Counted from the stretch's first letter, positions 47,579 to 57,939 are shown. The stretch: 64,000 nucleotides of DNA from Oscillospiraceae bacterium (GCA_015064185.1 SVSS01000005.1:14198-78197), one strand, 5' to 3'. Notes: generated from the letters alone by a model not told the origin. Numbers and translations: made by a program.

Positions 47579-49702
47579 TCAGTCAAGAGCGTCCTTGATG
47601 GAGAATTCCATGCGGTTCTTCTTTTGATCGAAGCCCATGTATTTTACCTTAACGGTGTCACCCATCTTCAGTACGTCCTCAACCTTATCAATGCGGGTCT
47701 TGGCGATCTTGGAAATGTGCACCATGCACTCCTTGCCGGGCAGATATTCTACAAAGCAACCAAACTCCTTGATGCCGGTTACCTTGCCGGTAAATACTGC
47801 ACCAACCTCGGGGTCGTATGCGATAGCGGCAATGGCAGCGCGAGCCTTATCAGCGCTTTCGCCGTTGATGGCTGCGATGCGGATCGTGCCGTCGTCGTCG
47901 ATGTCGATCTTAGCACCGGATTCAGCGGTGATCTTCTGAATCACAGACCCACCCTTGCCAATAACCTCGCGGATCTTGTCGGGGTCGATCTTCATGGTGG
48001 TCATCTTGGGTGCGTACTTGGAAACCTCGGTGCGAGGACCGGGAATTGCCTTAAGAATTACCTCATCAATGATATAATCGCGACCCTTGTGCGTCATAGC
48101 AAGTGCTGCCTTAATGATCTCGGGCGTAAGGCCGTCAACCTTGAGGTCCATCTGAATGGAAGTGATACCCTTGTGCGTGCCTGCTACCTTAAAGTCCATA
48201 TCGCCGTAGAAGTCCTCAAGACCCTGAATGTCCATCATAACGTCCCAAGAGCCATCCTCAGCGGTAATCAGGCCGCAGGAGATACCTGCAACAGGAGCCT
48301 TGATCGGCACACCTGCATCCATCAGAGCAAGGGTGGAGCCGCACACAGAGCCCTGCGAGGTGGAGCCGTTGGAGGAAACCACGTCGGAAACAAGGCGAAT
48401 GGCGTAGGGGAACTCCTCCTCAGAGGGGAGAACGGGAACAAGAGATCTTTCTGCAAGCGCGCCGTGACCGATCTCGCGACGGCCGGGGCTACGGGAGGAT
48501 TTTGCTTCACCCGTAGAGAAGCCGGGCATGTTGTAGTGGTGCATATAGCGCTTGCTGGTTTCGCTGTCGATACCGTCAAGCATCTGAGCTTCGCCAAGCG
48601 TGCCAAGCGTTGCGGCGGTCATAACCTGCGTCTGACCGCGGGTAAAGAGGCCCGAGCCGTGTACACGGGGCAGGAGTCCTACCTCGGCGCCAAGAGGACG
48701 GATCTCGTCCATGCGGCGGCCGTCAACACGCTTTTTGTCAACAAGCAGCCAGCGGCGCACGATCTTTTTCTGCATCTTATAGAGCAGCTCCTCCATCATG
48801 CCGGAAAGCCCCTCGTATTTCTCGGAGAACTTTTCTACAATGGCATCGTAAATGGGAGCAATGCGTGCATCACGTACATTCTTGTCGTCGGTGTCAAGCG
48901 CAACCATAAGGTCCTTTTCACAGAAGGCAAAGATCTCATCGAACATGTTGTGATCAAGCTCGCAGGAGGGGTACTCAAACTTGGGCTTACCGATCTCATC
49001 GATAATGGCATTGATAAATACGAGCAGATCCTTGATCTCGCGGTGTGCAAGCATGATCGCATCGTACATGGTGTCATCGTCAACCTGGTTTGCACCGGCC
49101 TCGATCATAACCACCTTTTTCATGGATGCCGCAACGGTGAGCTGAAGGTCGCTTACCTTCTGCTGCTCCTCGGTGGGGTTGATCACAAGCTTGCCGTCGA
49201 TCAGACCTACGTGAACGCCGCCGATCGGACCGTTCCACGGAATATCGGAAATGGAAAGTGCGATAGAAGCACCGATCATAGCGGTTACCTCGGGTGCGCA
49301 CTCGGGATCAACAGACATAACGGTCAGGGTCAGCGCAACGTCGTTGCGAAGATCCTTGGGGAACAGGGGACGAATGGGACGGTCGATCACACGGGCCGTC
49401 AGAACCGCCTTTTCGGAAGGCTTGCCCTCACGCTTGAGGTAGCCGCCGGGGATCTTACCTGCTGCGTACATTCTCTCCTCGTAGTCAACAGAGAGGGGCA
49501 GAAAATCGATACCGTCACGGGGACGAACCGATGCGGTAGCACAGCAAAGAATTGCGGTTTCACCGTAACGAACCAGGCACGAGCCGTTTGCAAGGCCTGC
49601 CAGCTTGCCGGTTTCTACCACCAGCGGGCGACCTGCCAGCGTGTAGCGGAAGGTCTTGTAATTTTTGAACACCATAGGGGTGCTCACTGCATTTTCGGAC
49701 AT
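47579..49702 (-). CDS. pnp: Polyribonucleotide nucleotidyltransferase
   Basis: DRPIRPLF, HGSGLFTRGQTQ, RREIGHG, GDMDFKVAG; KH and S1 domains. Confidence 0.98.
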   Translation of the reverse strand: MSENAVSTPMVFKNYKTFRYTLAGRPLVVETGKLAGLANGSCLVRYGETAILCCATASVRPRDGIDFLPLSVDYEERMYAAGKIPGGYLKREGKPSEKAVLTARVIDRPIRPLFPKDLRNDVALTLTVMSVDPECAPEVTAMIGASIALSISDIPWNGPIGGVHVGLIDGKLVINPTEEQQKVSDLQLTVAASMKKVVMIEAGANQVDDDTMYDAIMLAHREIKDLLVFINAIIDEIGKPKFEYPSCELDHNMFDEIFAFCEKDLMVALDTDDKNVRDARIAPIYDAIVEKFSEKYEGLSGMMEELLYKMQKKIVRRWLLVDKKRVDGRRMDEIRPLGAEVGLLPRVHGSGLFTRGQTQVMTAATLGTLGEAQMLDGIDSETSKRYMHHYNMPGFSTGEAKSSRSPGRREIGHGALAERSLVPVLPSEEEFPYAIRLVSDVVSSNGSTSQGSVCGSTLALMDAGVPIKAPVAGISCGLITAEDGSWDVMMDIQGLEDFYGDMDFKVAGTHKGITSIQMDLKVDGLTPEIIKAALAMTHKGRDYIIDEVILKAIPGPRTEVSKYAPKMTTMKIDPDKIREVIGKGGSVIQKITAESGAKIDIDDDGTIRIAAINGESADKARAAIAAIAYDPEVGAVFTGKVTGIKEFGCFVEYLPGKECMVHISKIAKTRIDKVEDVLKMGDTVKVKYMGFDQKKNRMEFSIKDALD

Positions 49703-49730
49703 GTTTTATTCCTCCGTTATTATATTTTCG

Positions 49731-49804
49731 CCTGCAGGGGTTTAACAATTAGCTACACGTCCGAGCGTTCGGGCGCATAGCTAACTGTTAAAACGCTCCG
49801 CAGG
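49731..49804 (-). promoter_or_regulatory. Long stem-loop in the pnp leader (candidate RNase III processing site)
   Basis: TTTAACAATTAGCTA pairs with TAGCTAACTGTTAAA (14/15), with outer CCTGC/GCAGG; lies between rpsO and pnp. Confidence 0.55.
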
Positions 49805-49878
49805 GGAATTCCTTTTTTAGAAAAGCGCAAACGGGAGCGCGGAGTGAGGCATAACCCCACTCCTCACTCCCGCAAAGA

Positions 49879-50145
49879 TTACTTTCTCAGGTTCAGCTTC
49901 TCGATGATCGCGCGGTAACGCTCGATATCGTTCTTCTGAAGGTAACCGAGAAGGTTTCTTCTGTGACCGATCATTTTCAACATGCCGCGGCGGCTGTGGT
50001 GGTCCTTGTGGTTAGCCTTGAGGTGCTCGGTAAGAGCGTTGATGCGATGCGTAAGGATCGCGATCTGAACCTCGGGAGAACCGGTATCACCCTCGTGCGT
50101 GGCGTATTGTGCGATAATGGCCTGCTTTTCGTCTTGCTTCAACAT
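49879..50145 (-). CDS. rpsO: 30S ribosomal protein S15
   Basis: [25 protein letters not shown]; ATG at 50145. Confidence 0.98.
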   Translation of the reverse strand: MLKQDEKQAIIAQYATHEGDTGSPEVQIAILTHRINALTEHLKANHKDHHSRRGMLKMIGHRRNLLGYLQKNDIERYRAIIEKLNLRK

Positions 50146-50159
50146 GGTATTTTCACCTT

Positions 50160-50245
50160 TCTTTTTATTACAGCGCCAGCCCAGGGGCAGGTTGGTGAAT
50201 GCCGCGTTTGCGGCTGTGTCCTGCGACCGAGAAAGCGTCATGCGG
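50160..50245 (-). promoter_or_regulatory. Candidate S15-responsive mRNA leader
   Basis: Structured 5'-UTR upstream of rpsO containing ATTCACCAAC, which resembles Firmicutes S15 leaders as I recall them; not model-verified. Confidence 0.45.
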
Positions 50246-50316
50246 AAAGTATTATACCATAGTCTTACTTTTTTGTAAAGAGTTTTTTGAAAAAACTTTT
50301 AAAAATAATATAATAT

Positions 50317-50682
50317 TTATTTTTTTGGAGATTTGTGCGTTGAAAAAAGCCCCATGCCACCTGTCAGGATCAGCATGATCCCAAACATGCGGCGCAAAAG
50401 CACCTGTGGCAAAACCGAGGCAAGCGCCACACCGAGAAGGCTGCCCCCGATACCGGTAATCAGCAAAAAGGGAAGTGATTGCCACAATAACGGTGTGCGA
50501 AATACGTGAACGGCAAGTGCCGCGCCCGAAGAAAAAATGAAAAAGATCAGGTTGATGCCTTGCGCGGTCATTTGGGGGACGTGCTCCGCTATAGTCAGCC
50601 ACGTGACAAGCAATCCCGCGCTTCCCACACCAAGCCCCGAGAGAATTGCCACCAAAAAGGTTATAATAACAGTGATCCACAT
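50317..50682 (-). CDS. Half-size TauE/SafE (TSUP) family membrane protein
   Basis: ILSGLGVGSAG, AQGINL, GSLLG, LRRMFG; 4 TM. Confidence 0.75.
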   Translation of the reverse strand: MWITVIITFLVAILSGLGVGSAGLLVTWLTIAEHVPQMTAQGINLIFFIFSSGAALAVHVFRTPLLWQSLPFLLITGIGGSLLGVALASVLPQVLLRRMFGIMLILTGGMGLFSTHKSPKK

Positions 50683-50683
50683 A

Positions 50684-51058
50684 TCATATCACCAAAACAA
50701 TGCCCGAGATCAGCACCGCCGTGGCAAAGATCCGAGCAAGAATATGCGGGGTGATGCGTCGCAGAAAAATAGCACCCGTCGCACCCCCCAGCACAGCGGG
50801 CAGGATAAGCTCACACAGCGAGGCTGTTGGCAGGTGACCGCCCCTGCTGTATTGCCATACAGAAAGCACGGATAAGGGAAGCATAATGGCAATGGCTGTG
50901 GCATAAAAACTATGACCGTTTACGGGTGTTTTTCGAAAAAGCGCGCGTAGACCTATGACCACCGTAATGCCGCCGCCCGCACCCAAAAGCCCGTTTAAAA
51001 ATCCCGCGAGCAACCCTATGCCAAGCAGGGGCAATGCGGTTTTTTGAAGGTTTTTCAT
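50684..51058 (-). CDS. Half-size TauE/SafE (TSUP) family membrane protein
   Basis: GLLAGFLNGLLGAGGG, ATAIAIMLPLS, GGATGA; 4 TM. Confidence 0.8.
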   Translation of the reverse strand: MKNLQKTALPLLGIGLLAGFLNGLLGAGGGITVVIGLRALFRKTPVNGHSFYATAIAIMLPLSVLSVWQYSRGGHLPTASLCELILPAVLGGATGAIFLRRITPHILARIFATAVLISGIVLVI

Positions 51059-51244
51059 ACAGCAACTCCGAAAAAATAATGCAGTCGTTAAAATTAAATT
51101 AAAATTAGTCCTTGTATAATAAAATAAAAAATGTTATACTATATATTGGAATTTTATCCGCCATGTATACCACCGATAGTATAACCGTTGTTGGGGCGGT
51201 ACGATACAGCGTGCGGAAATGCATTTTTTGGAAAGGAAGCAACC

Positions 51245-54200
51245 ATGCGGGAGGAACAGCAAAAGGACCGTGATCGTGTAACGCGCAGGGGCGGCACAAA
51301 AATGTTTGGTAATTCTGCGGCACCCAAAAGTGCGGAGCGTATTCACGTCTTTGATGAGGATAGACAGGATGCACCGCGTGGCGGTCAAGGAAGCTACGAT
51401 TCGCGTCGTGAGCAAGCGTATCGCGACGATGGCCGCGCGTACCGTGAGGAGCGCCGCTACCGTGACGATGATGACCGCGCATACCGCGACAGCCGTCGCT
51501 ACCGTGACGATGATGACCGTGCGTACCGTGAGGAGCGCCGCTACCGCGATGAGGATGATCGCGCGTACCGCGACAGCCGCCGCTATCGCGATGAGGATGA
51601 TCGCGCGTACCGCGAGGAGCGCCGCTACCGTGAGGAGCGTCGCTACCGTGACGATGACCGCGCGTACCGTGAGGAGCGTCGTTACCGCGAGGATGACAGC
51701 CGCCAAGGTCGCCGCTCGGGTGATGAGGGAGGGCGCACCGAGTCGCGCCGCCCGCGCAACGCGGACAAGCCCAATGCCGAGAAAAATAAAAAGCAGATGC
51801 CTGCGGCAAACACAGATCTGTTTGCGCATCAGGTCGTGCCCTATGTGATGTTTTGGGTGGCGCTGTTTGCCGCCGTTAGCTTTGTGCTGCGCGATCTTGC
51901 GGGGCTGAGCGCCTCTGCCGGTGCCTTTGGCAACTGGCTTGCAGATTTCCTTTGCGGCTTGCTTGGCATTGGCGCGTATTTGCTGCCTTTGTTTTTTGTG
52001 GTGCTCTCCCTTCGTTGGAAGCGATTTGTGCGCCAAGGGCTGCTTGGCAAAAAGCTGTTTTTGTCAACCGGCTTTCTCCTGCTGCTTTCCGGTATTATTC
52101 ACGTGTTTCAGGATATTGACCGCGCCCGCAGAATTACCGCACCGGCGATCCTGTTTGCCGAGGGCACCGCACGCAGTGGCGGCGGCTTTTTCGGTGGCTT
52201 TGTAGGTGAGTGGCTTGGCTTTTGTCTGCGCCTGCCCGGTACCTGTCTGCTTGCCATACCGCTGTTGCTGATCATTGGTATTTATCTTGTGGGTCTTACG
52301 CCCAGCGGGCTGTGGCAGCGCATCGAAGCTAAATCTAAAATGATACGGCAGCGCCGCCGTGAGGCGCGGGGGGCCAACGGTGCCAAAATTGCAGCGCCGG
52401 CTGAACGCAAGGCGCTGGGGAAGGGCACCGACGGTCAAGGACCTGCTTGGAAGGAGCCTCGCCCGCTTTCAAGATCAGGTGCTGTGATGTACGATTTTCA
52501 TGAGGATGAGCCGGAGGTTGCCATAGACCTTATAAACGATGAAACTCCTGCCGCAAGTGGCAAGGTCGAGGATGAGGCACGTGTTGCTTCCGCCTTTGAG
52601 CGCAATGCGGGGGACTCTGCCCGTGCGCGCCGCTTTGGTGGTGCGAATGAGATCCTCGATATTCCCGAGGATGAGCCTGAGATCATAGAGCCCGGCCCTG
52701 AGGCGCGCGCCATTCTTTCGCAAGCAGGGCACGTCGACGATACCAAGCGACAGGTTGAGGAGCTCCTTCGTGACATGGAGCGTGCAGCAGAAGAGGAAAA
52801 GCCCCTGTCTGCACCTGTAAGCTCTACTGCTCAGGCAAGCGCCCGTGTCGAAGAGAGTGAGCAGGGGCAATACTATGCGCCCTTTGCGCTTCCCGTTCGC
52901 CCAGAGCCGCGCCGTGAGCGTGCGGGGGAGCAGGATCGCTCTCATATTGTGATCGCTCCTCATGCCAAGGATGACACCATGTCGCAGGCAACTGCGGTGC
53001 CGGATGAGATAGTGTCCGATGTTACTGAAAGCATAGAGGATGAGGAGTGCCTTGGCAACATGCAAGCAACACCCTATCGCCCTGTGCAGCCCCTTACCGC
53101 TGCAGCTGCGTGTGCTTCGGCAGCCCCTGCATATGAGGCACGTGTGACGGCTTCTGATGCCTTTTCTTTGCTGAAAGAGGAAGAGGCTCCTGCGGAAGCG
53201 GTAGAGCCTGCCACACCCAAGCGTGAAGCAGTTGACACTGTAAGCGATTGGCAAAACGAAAGGGATGCGGCACCTGCACCTTCTTTAAGCAGTATAATTG
53301 ACAGCCTGTTTGAGGCGGATGAGGATGAGCAGGAAGAGCCTGCCACGGTAAGCGAGCCTGTCAGCGCGCGCCCCTCGATCGTTTTTGATGAGCCTGCCTC
53401 CTTTATTGAGGATGATGAGGCTGAGGATGATATTGCTATGCCCATGCCCGGTGTTTCTGCCGTGCGTGAGCGCGTAGAGCCGATGTCGGCACCGTCCTTT
53501 GCGCCTGCCTCCTTTACAGCACCCACGCCCGCACGTTATGAGGCGCCTCAGCGAGCTGTGCCTGTTGTCAAGGCGGAGCCTGTGCGTGATGAGAAGCCCC
53601 AAGCACCTGTGGCGGTGAGGAAGGAATATGTAAAGCCGCCCCTCACGCTTCTTAACGAGGACAAAAATCTGCGCAACGATGACTTTTATGAGGAAATAGA
53701 GGAAACCAAGCAGATCCTGCGAGATACGCTTGAGAGCTTTAACATTCATATTCAGGATGAGGTCGCGTATTCGCACGGACCTTCTGTTACGCGCTATGAG
53801 CTGCGCCCCGTTGCGGGCACGAGCGTGCGATCGGTGACCAACCGCATTGAGGATATTTCGCTCAACCTTGCTTCCTTGGTGCGTATTGAGGCGCCTATCC
53901 CCGGCAAGCCCGCCATCGGTATTGAGGTGCCCAACAAGGTGCGCGAAACCGTTTATATGCGCACCATGCTGGAATCCCCCGAATTTAAAAGCTCGACCGA
54001 GCCGCTTGAGGTGCCCTTAGGGCTTGACGTTGGCGGTGCGGTGAAAATGTGCAATCTTGCCAAAATGCCGCACCTTTTGATTGCGGGTACAACGGGCTCG
54101 GGTAAATCGGTCTGCATCAACTCGATCCTTGTGAGCCTTATTTATAAGACCTCGCCCGAGGATCTCAGGCTCATTCTCATCGACCCCAAGCAGATCGAAT

Positions 54201-55144
54201 TTGCGCCTTACGAGCACGTGCCGCATCTTTATATGCCCATTGTTACCGATATGCAGCGCGCCGCAGGTGCGCTAGCCTGTGCGGTACAGGAGATGGAGCG
54301 CCGCTTTAGCCTGATCAGAGATGTTGGCGTGCGTAACATTGAGGCATATAACGAGGCGGTGAAAAATGACCCCGACCGCGAGCATTTGCCGTATATGGTC
54401 ATTGTGATCGACGAGTTTGCCGACCTTAAGATGAGCTGCTCGAACAATGACCCCGAAAACTTTACCTGCCGTATTGCGCAAAAGGCGCGTGCTGCGGGCA
54501 TTCATCTGATCATCGGTACACAGCGCCCCTCTGTTGATGTAATTACGGGTAAGCTGAAGACCAATATTCCTTCCCGTATCGCCTTTATGGTAAAGCAGCA
54601 GGTAGACTCGCGTACCATTCTCGATGCCAACGGCGCGGAATCGCTGACGGGTCGCGGCGATATGCTGTATATGCCCAGCAACTCCTCTGACAAGGCGCCC
54701 AACCGTGTGCAGGGTGCATTTGTTTCGGACGGTGAGCTTGAGCGTGTGATCTCTTATGTGCGTAAGAATAACGATCCCGTGCAGTACAACCAAGCGTTTA
54801 TGGATCAGATCGAAATTGAAATGGCGAAATCGCAAAGCAATGGCAAAAAGAACGATCTTGATGATTTTGCCGATGAGGGTGACGGCAACGAGGATCCCAA
54901 ATTTGTGGAGGCTGTTAAGCTTGCGATCGAAACCCAAAAGGTGGCGACCTCGCTCTTACAGCGCCGCCTTGGCGTTGGCTACGGCCGTGCCGCTAAGATC
55001 ATTGACCGTATGGAGGAGCTTGGCCTTGTCAGTGCCCCTGACGGCAACAAGCCCCGCCAGATCCTGCCTGCCGCGCAAGGGTATCTCAACCATATGGCGG
55101 CTGAGGAGGAGGGCGGCAGTGACGAGTTTAACGATTATCGGTAA
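51245..55144 (+). CDS. ftsK: DNA translocase FtsK/SpoIIIE
   Basis: 4TM domain; RIEAPIPGK, PHLLIAGTTGSGKS, IDEFADL, GTQRPS; gamma domain LLQRRLGVGYGRAAKIID. Confidence 0.96.
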   Translation: MREEQQKDRDRVTRRGGTKMFGNSAAPKSAERIHVFDEDRQDAPRGGQGSYDSRREQAYRDDGRAYREERRYRDDDDRAYRDSRRYRDDDDRAYREERRYRDEDDRAYRDSRRYRDEDDRAYREERRYREERRYRDDDRAYREERRYREDDSRQGRRSGDEGGRTESRRPRNADKPNAEKNKKQMPAANTDLFAHQVVPYVMFWVALFAAVSFVLRDLAGLSASAGAFGNWLADFLCGLLGIGAYLLPLFFVVLSLRWKRFVRQGLLGKKLFLSTGFLLLLSGIIHVFQDIDRARRITAPAILFAEGTARSGGGFFGGFVGEWLGFCLRLPGTCLLAIPLLLIIGIYLVGLTPSGLWQRIEAKSKMIRQRRREARGANGAKIAAPAERKALGKGTDGQGPAWKEPRPLSRSGAVMYDFHEDEPEVAIDLINDETPAASGKVEDEARVASAFERNAGDSARARRFGGANEILDIPEDEPEIIEPGPEARAILSQAGHVDDTKRQVEELLRDMERAAEEEKPLSAPVSSTAQASARVEESEQGQYYAPFALPVRPEPRRERAGEQDRSHIVIAPHAKDDTMSQATAVPDEIVSDVTESIEDEECLGNMQATPYRPVQPLTAAAACASAAPAYEARVTASDAFSLLKEEEAPAEAVEPATPKREAVDTVSDWQNERDAAPAPSLSSIIDSLFEADEDEQEEPATVSEPVSARPSIVFDEPASFIEDDEAEDDIAMPMPGVSAVRERVEPMSAPSFAPASFTAPTPARYEAPQRAVPVVKAEPVRDEKPQAPVAVRKEYVKPPLTLLNEDKNLRNDDFYEEIEETKQILRDTLESFNIHIQDEVAYSHGPSVTRYELRPVAGTSVRSVTNRIEDISLNLASLVRIEAPIPGKPAIGIEVPNKVRETVYMRTMLESPEFKSSTEPLEVPLGLDVGGAVKMCNLAKMPHLLIAGTTGSGKSVCINSILVSLIYKTSPEDLRLILIDPKQIEFAPYEHVPHLYMPIVTDMQRAAGALACAVQEMERRFSLIRDVGVRNIEAYNEAVKNDPDREHLPYMVIVIDEFADLKMSCSNNDPENFTCRIAQKARAAGIHLIIGTQRPSVDVITGKLKTNIPSRIAFMVKQQVDSRTILDANGAESLTGRGDMLYMPSNSSDKAPNRVQGAFVSDGELERVISYVRKNNDPVQYNQAFMDQIEIEMAKSQSNGKKNDLDDFADEGDGNEDPKFVEAVKLAIETQKVATSLLQRRLGVGYGRAAKIIDRMEELGLVSAPDGNKPRQILPAAQGYLNHMAAEEEGGSDEFNDYR
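51419..51700 (+). repeat. About 42-bp coding tandem repeat in the FtsK N-terminus (RAYR[EE/DS]RRYRD[D/E]DD, about 6 copies)
   Basis: Seen directly in both DNA and translation. Confidence 0.9.
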
Positions 55145-55190
55145 TGTAACAAAAAGCACCCGCAAGGCGTTGCCTTGCGGGTGCTTATGA

Positions 55191-55544
55191 GAACTTCACC
55201 GATAAGCCGGGTTCTGTCGTGAACGGCCATCTATCTGCGATCTGCGTCGCCGCAGACCTTCGGGATCGCTCCCGTGCCACCCGGGGGAATATGTCGGGCA
55301 AACATCCCCCATGCGGTGTTGCTTCGGATAGGGTTTACAGCAAACCTATGTTACCATAGGAGTGGGTGAGCTCTTACCTCGCCTTTCCATCCTTACCTCG
55401 CGTGAGCGAGGCGGTTTATTTCTGTTGCACTTTCCCGGCAGTCACCTGCGGCTGACGTTATCAGCTATCCTGCCCTATGAAGCCCGGACTTTCCTCACGG
55501 TAATACCTTTCGGCACCATACCGCGCGGCCGTTTGATGAAGTTC
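55191..55544 (-). ncRNA. rnpB: RNase P RNA
   Basis: On minus: GAGGAAAGTCCGGGC, AGTGCAACAG, ACAGAACCCGGCTTAT; P1 GAACTTCA/TGAAGTTC. Promoter TTGACA-17-TATAAT at 55579-55551. Confidence 0.96.
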
Positions 55545-55602
55545 CGAAATATTATATCACGCACGCCCCTTTTTGTCAAGTGAGGGGCCTTAAAGGAGAA
55601 AT

Positions 55603-56493
55603 ATGACTTTTCTCGAATATTATTTGCAAATTCTGATATTCACCGCCGCCCTGCCGCTTGGCTTTGGGCTTGCCGTGTATTTTTGCTACCGCGCCTTTTG
55701 CGCGCTTGTCGGGTGCGGTCGAGGCAAGCCGATCCTGTTTTTTTTGCACGTGATCCTCACACCCGTTCGTGAGTTTGCGCATTTGGTGGCGTGTATCGTT
55801 TCTTTTCATCGGGTGAGTGATTTTTGCTTGCTGAACCCTTACGACCCCGAGGGAGAGATCGGATTTGTAGAGCATTCCTATAATCGAAAAAATCCCGTTG
55901 CGGTGTTTGGTAATTATCTTTTTGCCATGCTGCCCGCGGTGCTGGGGCTCTTTCTTTCCATGGTAGTGGTAATGGTTTGCTTTCGCGGTGTGTTTGGAGA
56001 TCTTTCGCGTGAGGTGGCAGCACTTGTGGATGCCGAGGCAGGCTTTGGCGAATACGCAAGGGTTGCGCTTGATTTCTTTCCCGCGATGTTTCGTGATGCC
56101 ACAAGCGGTATCTTTGCCAAGATCGTAGGATGCCTCTTGCTGTTGTTGATCAGCCTTGGTGTTTATGTTTCTCTTGATGATCTTTACAGCGCTTTTTCGG
56201 GCATGCTTCTTTACGCGGTGCTTGCCATGGTGTTTGCGGGTGTCACGGCGCTTTTTGATGCGCGCTCCCGCCGCTTGATCCTCACCTGGCTGCGCACCTT
56301 TTCCACAGGCGTGACCGCCCTTTATACCGTGGTGCTTATTTTTGCGCTTGCGGCACTGTTTTTCGGTTTTTTGGTATTTTTGTATCGGACCTTCTTTGGA
56401 GAAGGGAAGGCACAGCTGCCTGTGTACGTGGATCAACGATCCGATACAGAAGATGATGACGATGATGATTACGGCGATGACCGATATCAATAA
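55603..56493 (+). CDS. Membrane protein, metalloprotease-like with a degenerate HExxH (REFAH)
   Basis: TPVREFAHLVAC, GEIGFVEHSYN, GNYLFAMLP; multiple TMs. Confidence 0.65.
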   Translation: MTFLEYYLQILIFTAALPLGFGLAVYFCYRAFCALVGCGRGKPILFFLHVILTPVREFAHLVACIVSFHRVSDFCLLNPYDPEGEIGFVEHSYNRKNPVAVFGNYLFAMLPAVLGLFLSMVVVMVCFRGVFGDLSREVAALVDAEAGFGEYARVALDFFPAMFRDATSGIFAKIVGCLLLLLISLGVYVSLDDLYSAFSGMLLYAVLAMVFAGVTALFDARSRRLILTWLRTFSTGVTALYTVVLIFALAALFFGFLVFLYRTFFGEGKAQLPVYVDQRSDTEDDDDDDYGDDRYQ

Positions 56494-56509
56494 TTAAAAG
56501 GAGGTCTAT

Positions 56510-57214
56510 ATGCAAAAATTAATGAAAAATTGGGTGTTTACCATGATCACCTGCATTTTGCTGTCTGTGCTGACGGTTATCATGCTGCTTGGTGCCTTTG
56601 AGGTAAAGGGCTTTACGCTTGCACAGGATATTTTACATTTGCTGGTGGCAGTGGTGCTTGGTATCTATATTATTTTTACGCTTTTCCCTATGATCGTGCA
56701 TTATCGGGGCGTGCCGCAGCTTTTTGTGGGTGTGGAGATCGTGCTTTTGATCATTGCTATGGTGGCGCTTGTGTTTGCGCAGGTCAACGTGCCGTTCTTT
56801 TCCTCCTTGCAGGTGTGCTCGGTGGTCGGCCTTGCCATTTGGCTGCGCGGTGCGGTAGAGACCATACATGCCTATACGCTGCAGGGCACGCAGGGCAAAA
56901 AGAAGACGCCGCTTTGGGCACTCTGCCTTTACATATTGCTTTCCGCCTTTGGTGTGTGGCAGATGGCCAATCCCACCATTGAGGATAAGCACTTCCTCTT
57001 TGTAATCGGCGGTGTTTCGCTTGTGATGGCAGTGATCTTTGGCTATGCAACGGCGCAAAACCGCAAGGCTGCGTACGGCGGCAAGAAAAAGAAAAAGAAG
57101 GCGAAGAAGGGGAGCGAGGATAGCAAGCCCGTGGCGGCACTCGAGGAGCCCAAGCCTGTTGTGGCAGAAAAAGAGCCCGTGGCGGCTGTTACGGTAACCG
57201 ATGAAAAGCAGTAA
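56510..57214 (+). CDS. Hypothetical membrane protein (6 TM, charged tail)
   Basis: RBS AGGAGG; hydrophobic segments. Confidence 0.75.
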   Translation: MQKLMKNWVFTMITCILLSVLTVIMLLGAFEVKGFTLAQDILHLLVAVVLGIYIIFTLFPMIVHYRGVPQLFVGVEIVLLIIAMVALVFAQVNVPFFSSLQVCSVVGLAIWLRGAVETIHAYTLQGTQGKKKTPLWALCLYILLSAFGVWQMANPTIEDKHFLFVIGGVSLVMAVIFGYATAQNRKAAYGGKKKKKKAKKGSEDSKPVAALEEPKPVVAEKEPVAAVTVTDEKQ

Positions 57215-57890
57215 CCTTCAAGAAATAAGCGTGCGCCGCCAAAATGGCTTTTTTAAGCGATTGGCTGATATTGCGGTGGCGCTGCCGCTGACACTTTTAT
57301 CCCTTCCCGTTGGCGTACTTTTGGGGCTGCTGATCCTGTTGCGTGATCCCGGCAATCCCTTTTACTGTCAGCGCCGTGTGGGGCGCGACGGCAAGGTGCT
57401 TACCATACTCAAATTTCGCACCATGAAGCGACATTCCGATGAGGTGGAGCGTGTGCTCTCGCCAGAGGCGCTTGCGATCTATCGGCGCGAATATAAATTG
57501 ATGGATGATCCGCGCCTGATCGGTTATCGCAAAGAGGGCGATGGCAGTCGTTGCTTTGGTGCGATCTTGCGTCGTACCTCTCTTGATGAGCTGCCTCAGC
57601 TTTGGTGGAACGTGTTGCTGCGCGGCAATATGTCGCTGGTGGGTCCGCGTCCCATCCTAAAAGAAGAATTAGAGCAGCATTATACAAGTGAAGAACAAAA
57701 AGCACTGCTTTCGGTAAAGCCGGGACTTACCGGATACTGGCAGGCGTATGCGCGAAACGCCGCCTGCTATGAGAATGGCGAGCGTCAGCAAATGGAGCTT
57801 TACTATGTCAAAAACCGTTCATTTGGGCTTGACCTTAAGATCCTTTTTCGCACCGTTGTCGCGGTTATCACCAAAGCAGGGGCGAAATAA
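57201..57890 (+). CDS. Sugar transferase (priming undecaprenyl-phosphate glycosylphosphotransferase family)
   Basis: KRLADI, KFRTM, DDPR, LRRTSLDELPQ, GNMSLVGPRP, KPGLTGYWQ. Confidence 0.93.
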   Translation: MKSSNLQEISVRRQNGFFKRLADIAVALPLTLLSLPVGVLLGLLILLRDPGNPFYCQRRVGRDGKVLTILKFRTMKRHSDEVERVLSPEALAIYRREYKLMDDPRLIGYRKEGDGSRCFGAILRRTSLDELPQLWWNVLLRGNMSLVGPRPILKEELEQHYTSEEQKALLSVKPGLTGYWQAYARNAACYENGERQQMELYYVKNRSFGLDLKILFRTVVAVITKAGAK

Positions 57891-57906
57891 GCCTATATTT
57901 GAAGAT

Positions 57907-57939
57907 AAAAAAGAACACCGCCGCGGCGGTGTTCTTTTT
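57907..57939. terminator. 33-bp palindromic terminator, copy 1 (identical to 60682-60714)
   Basis: AAAAAAGAACACCGCCGCGGCGGTGTTCTTTTT. Confidence 0.85.
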
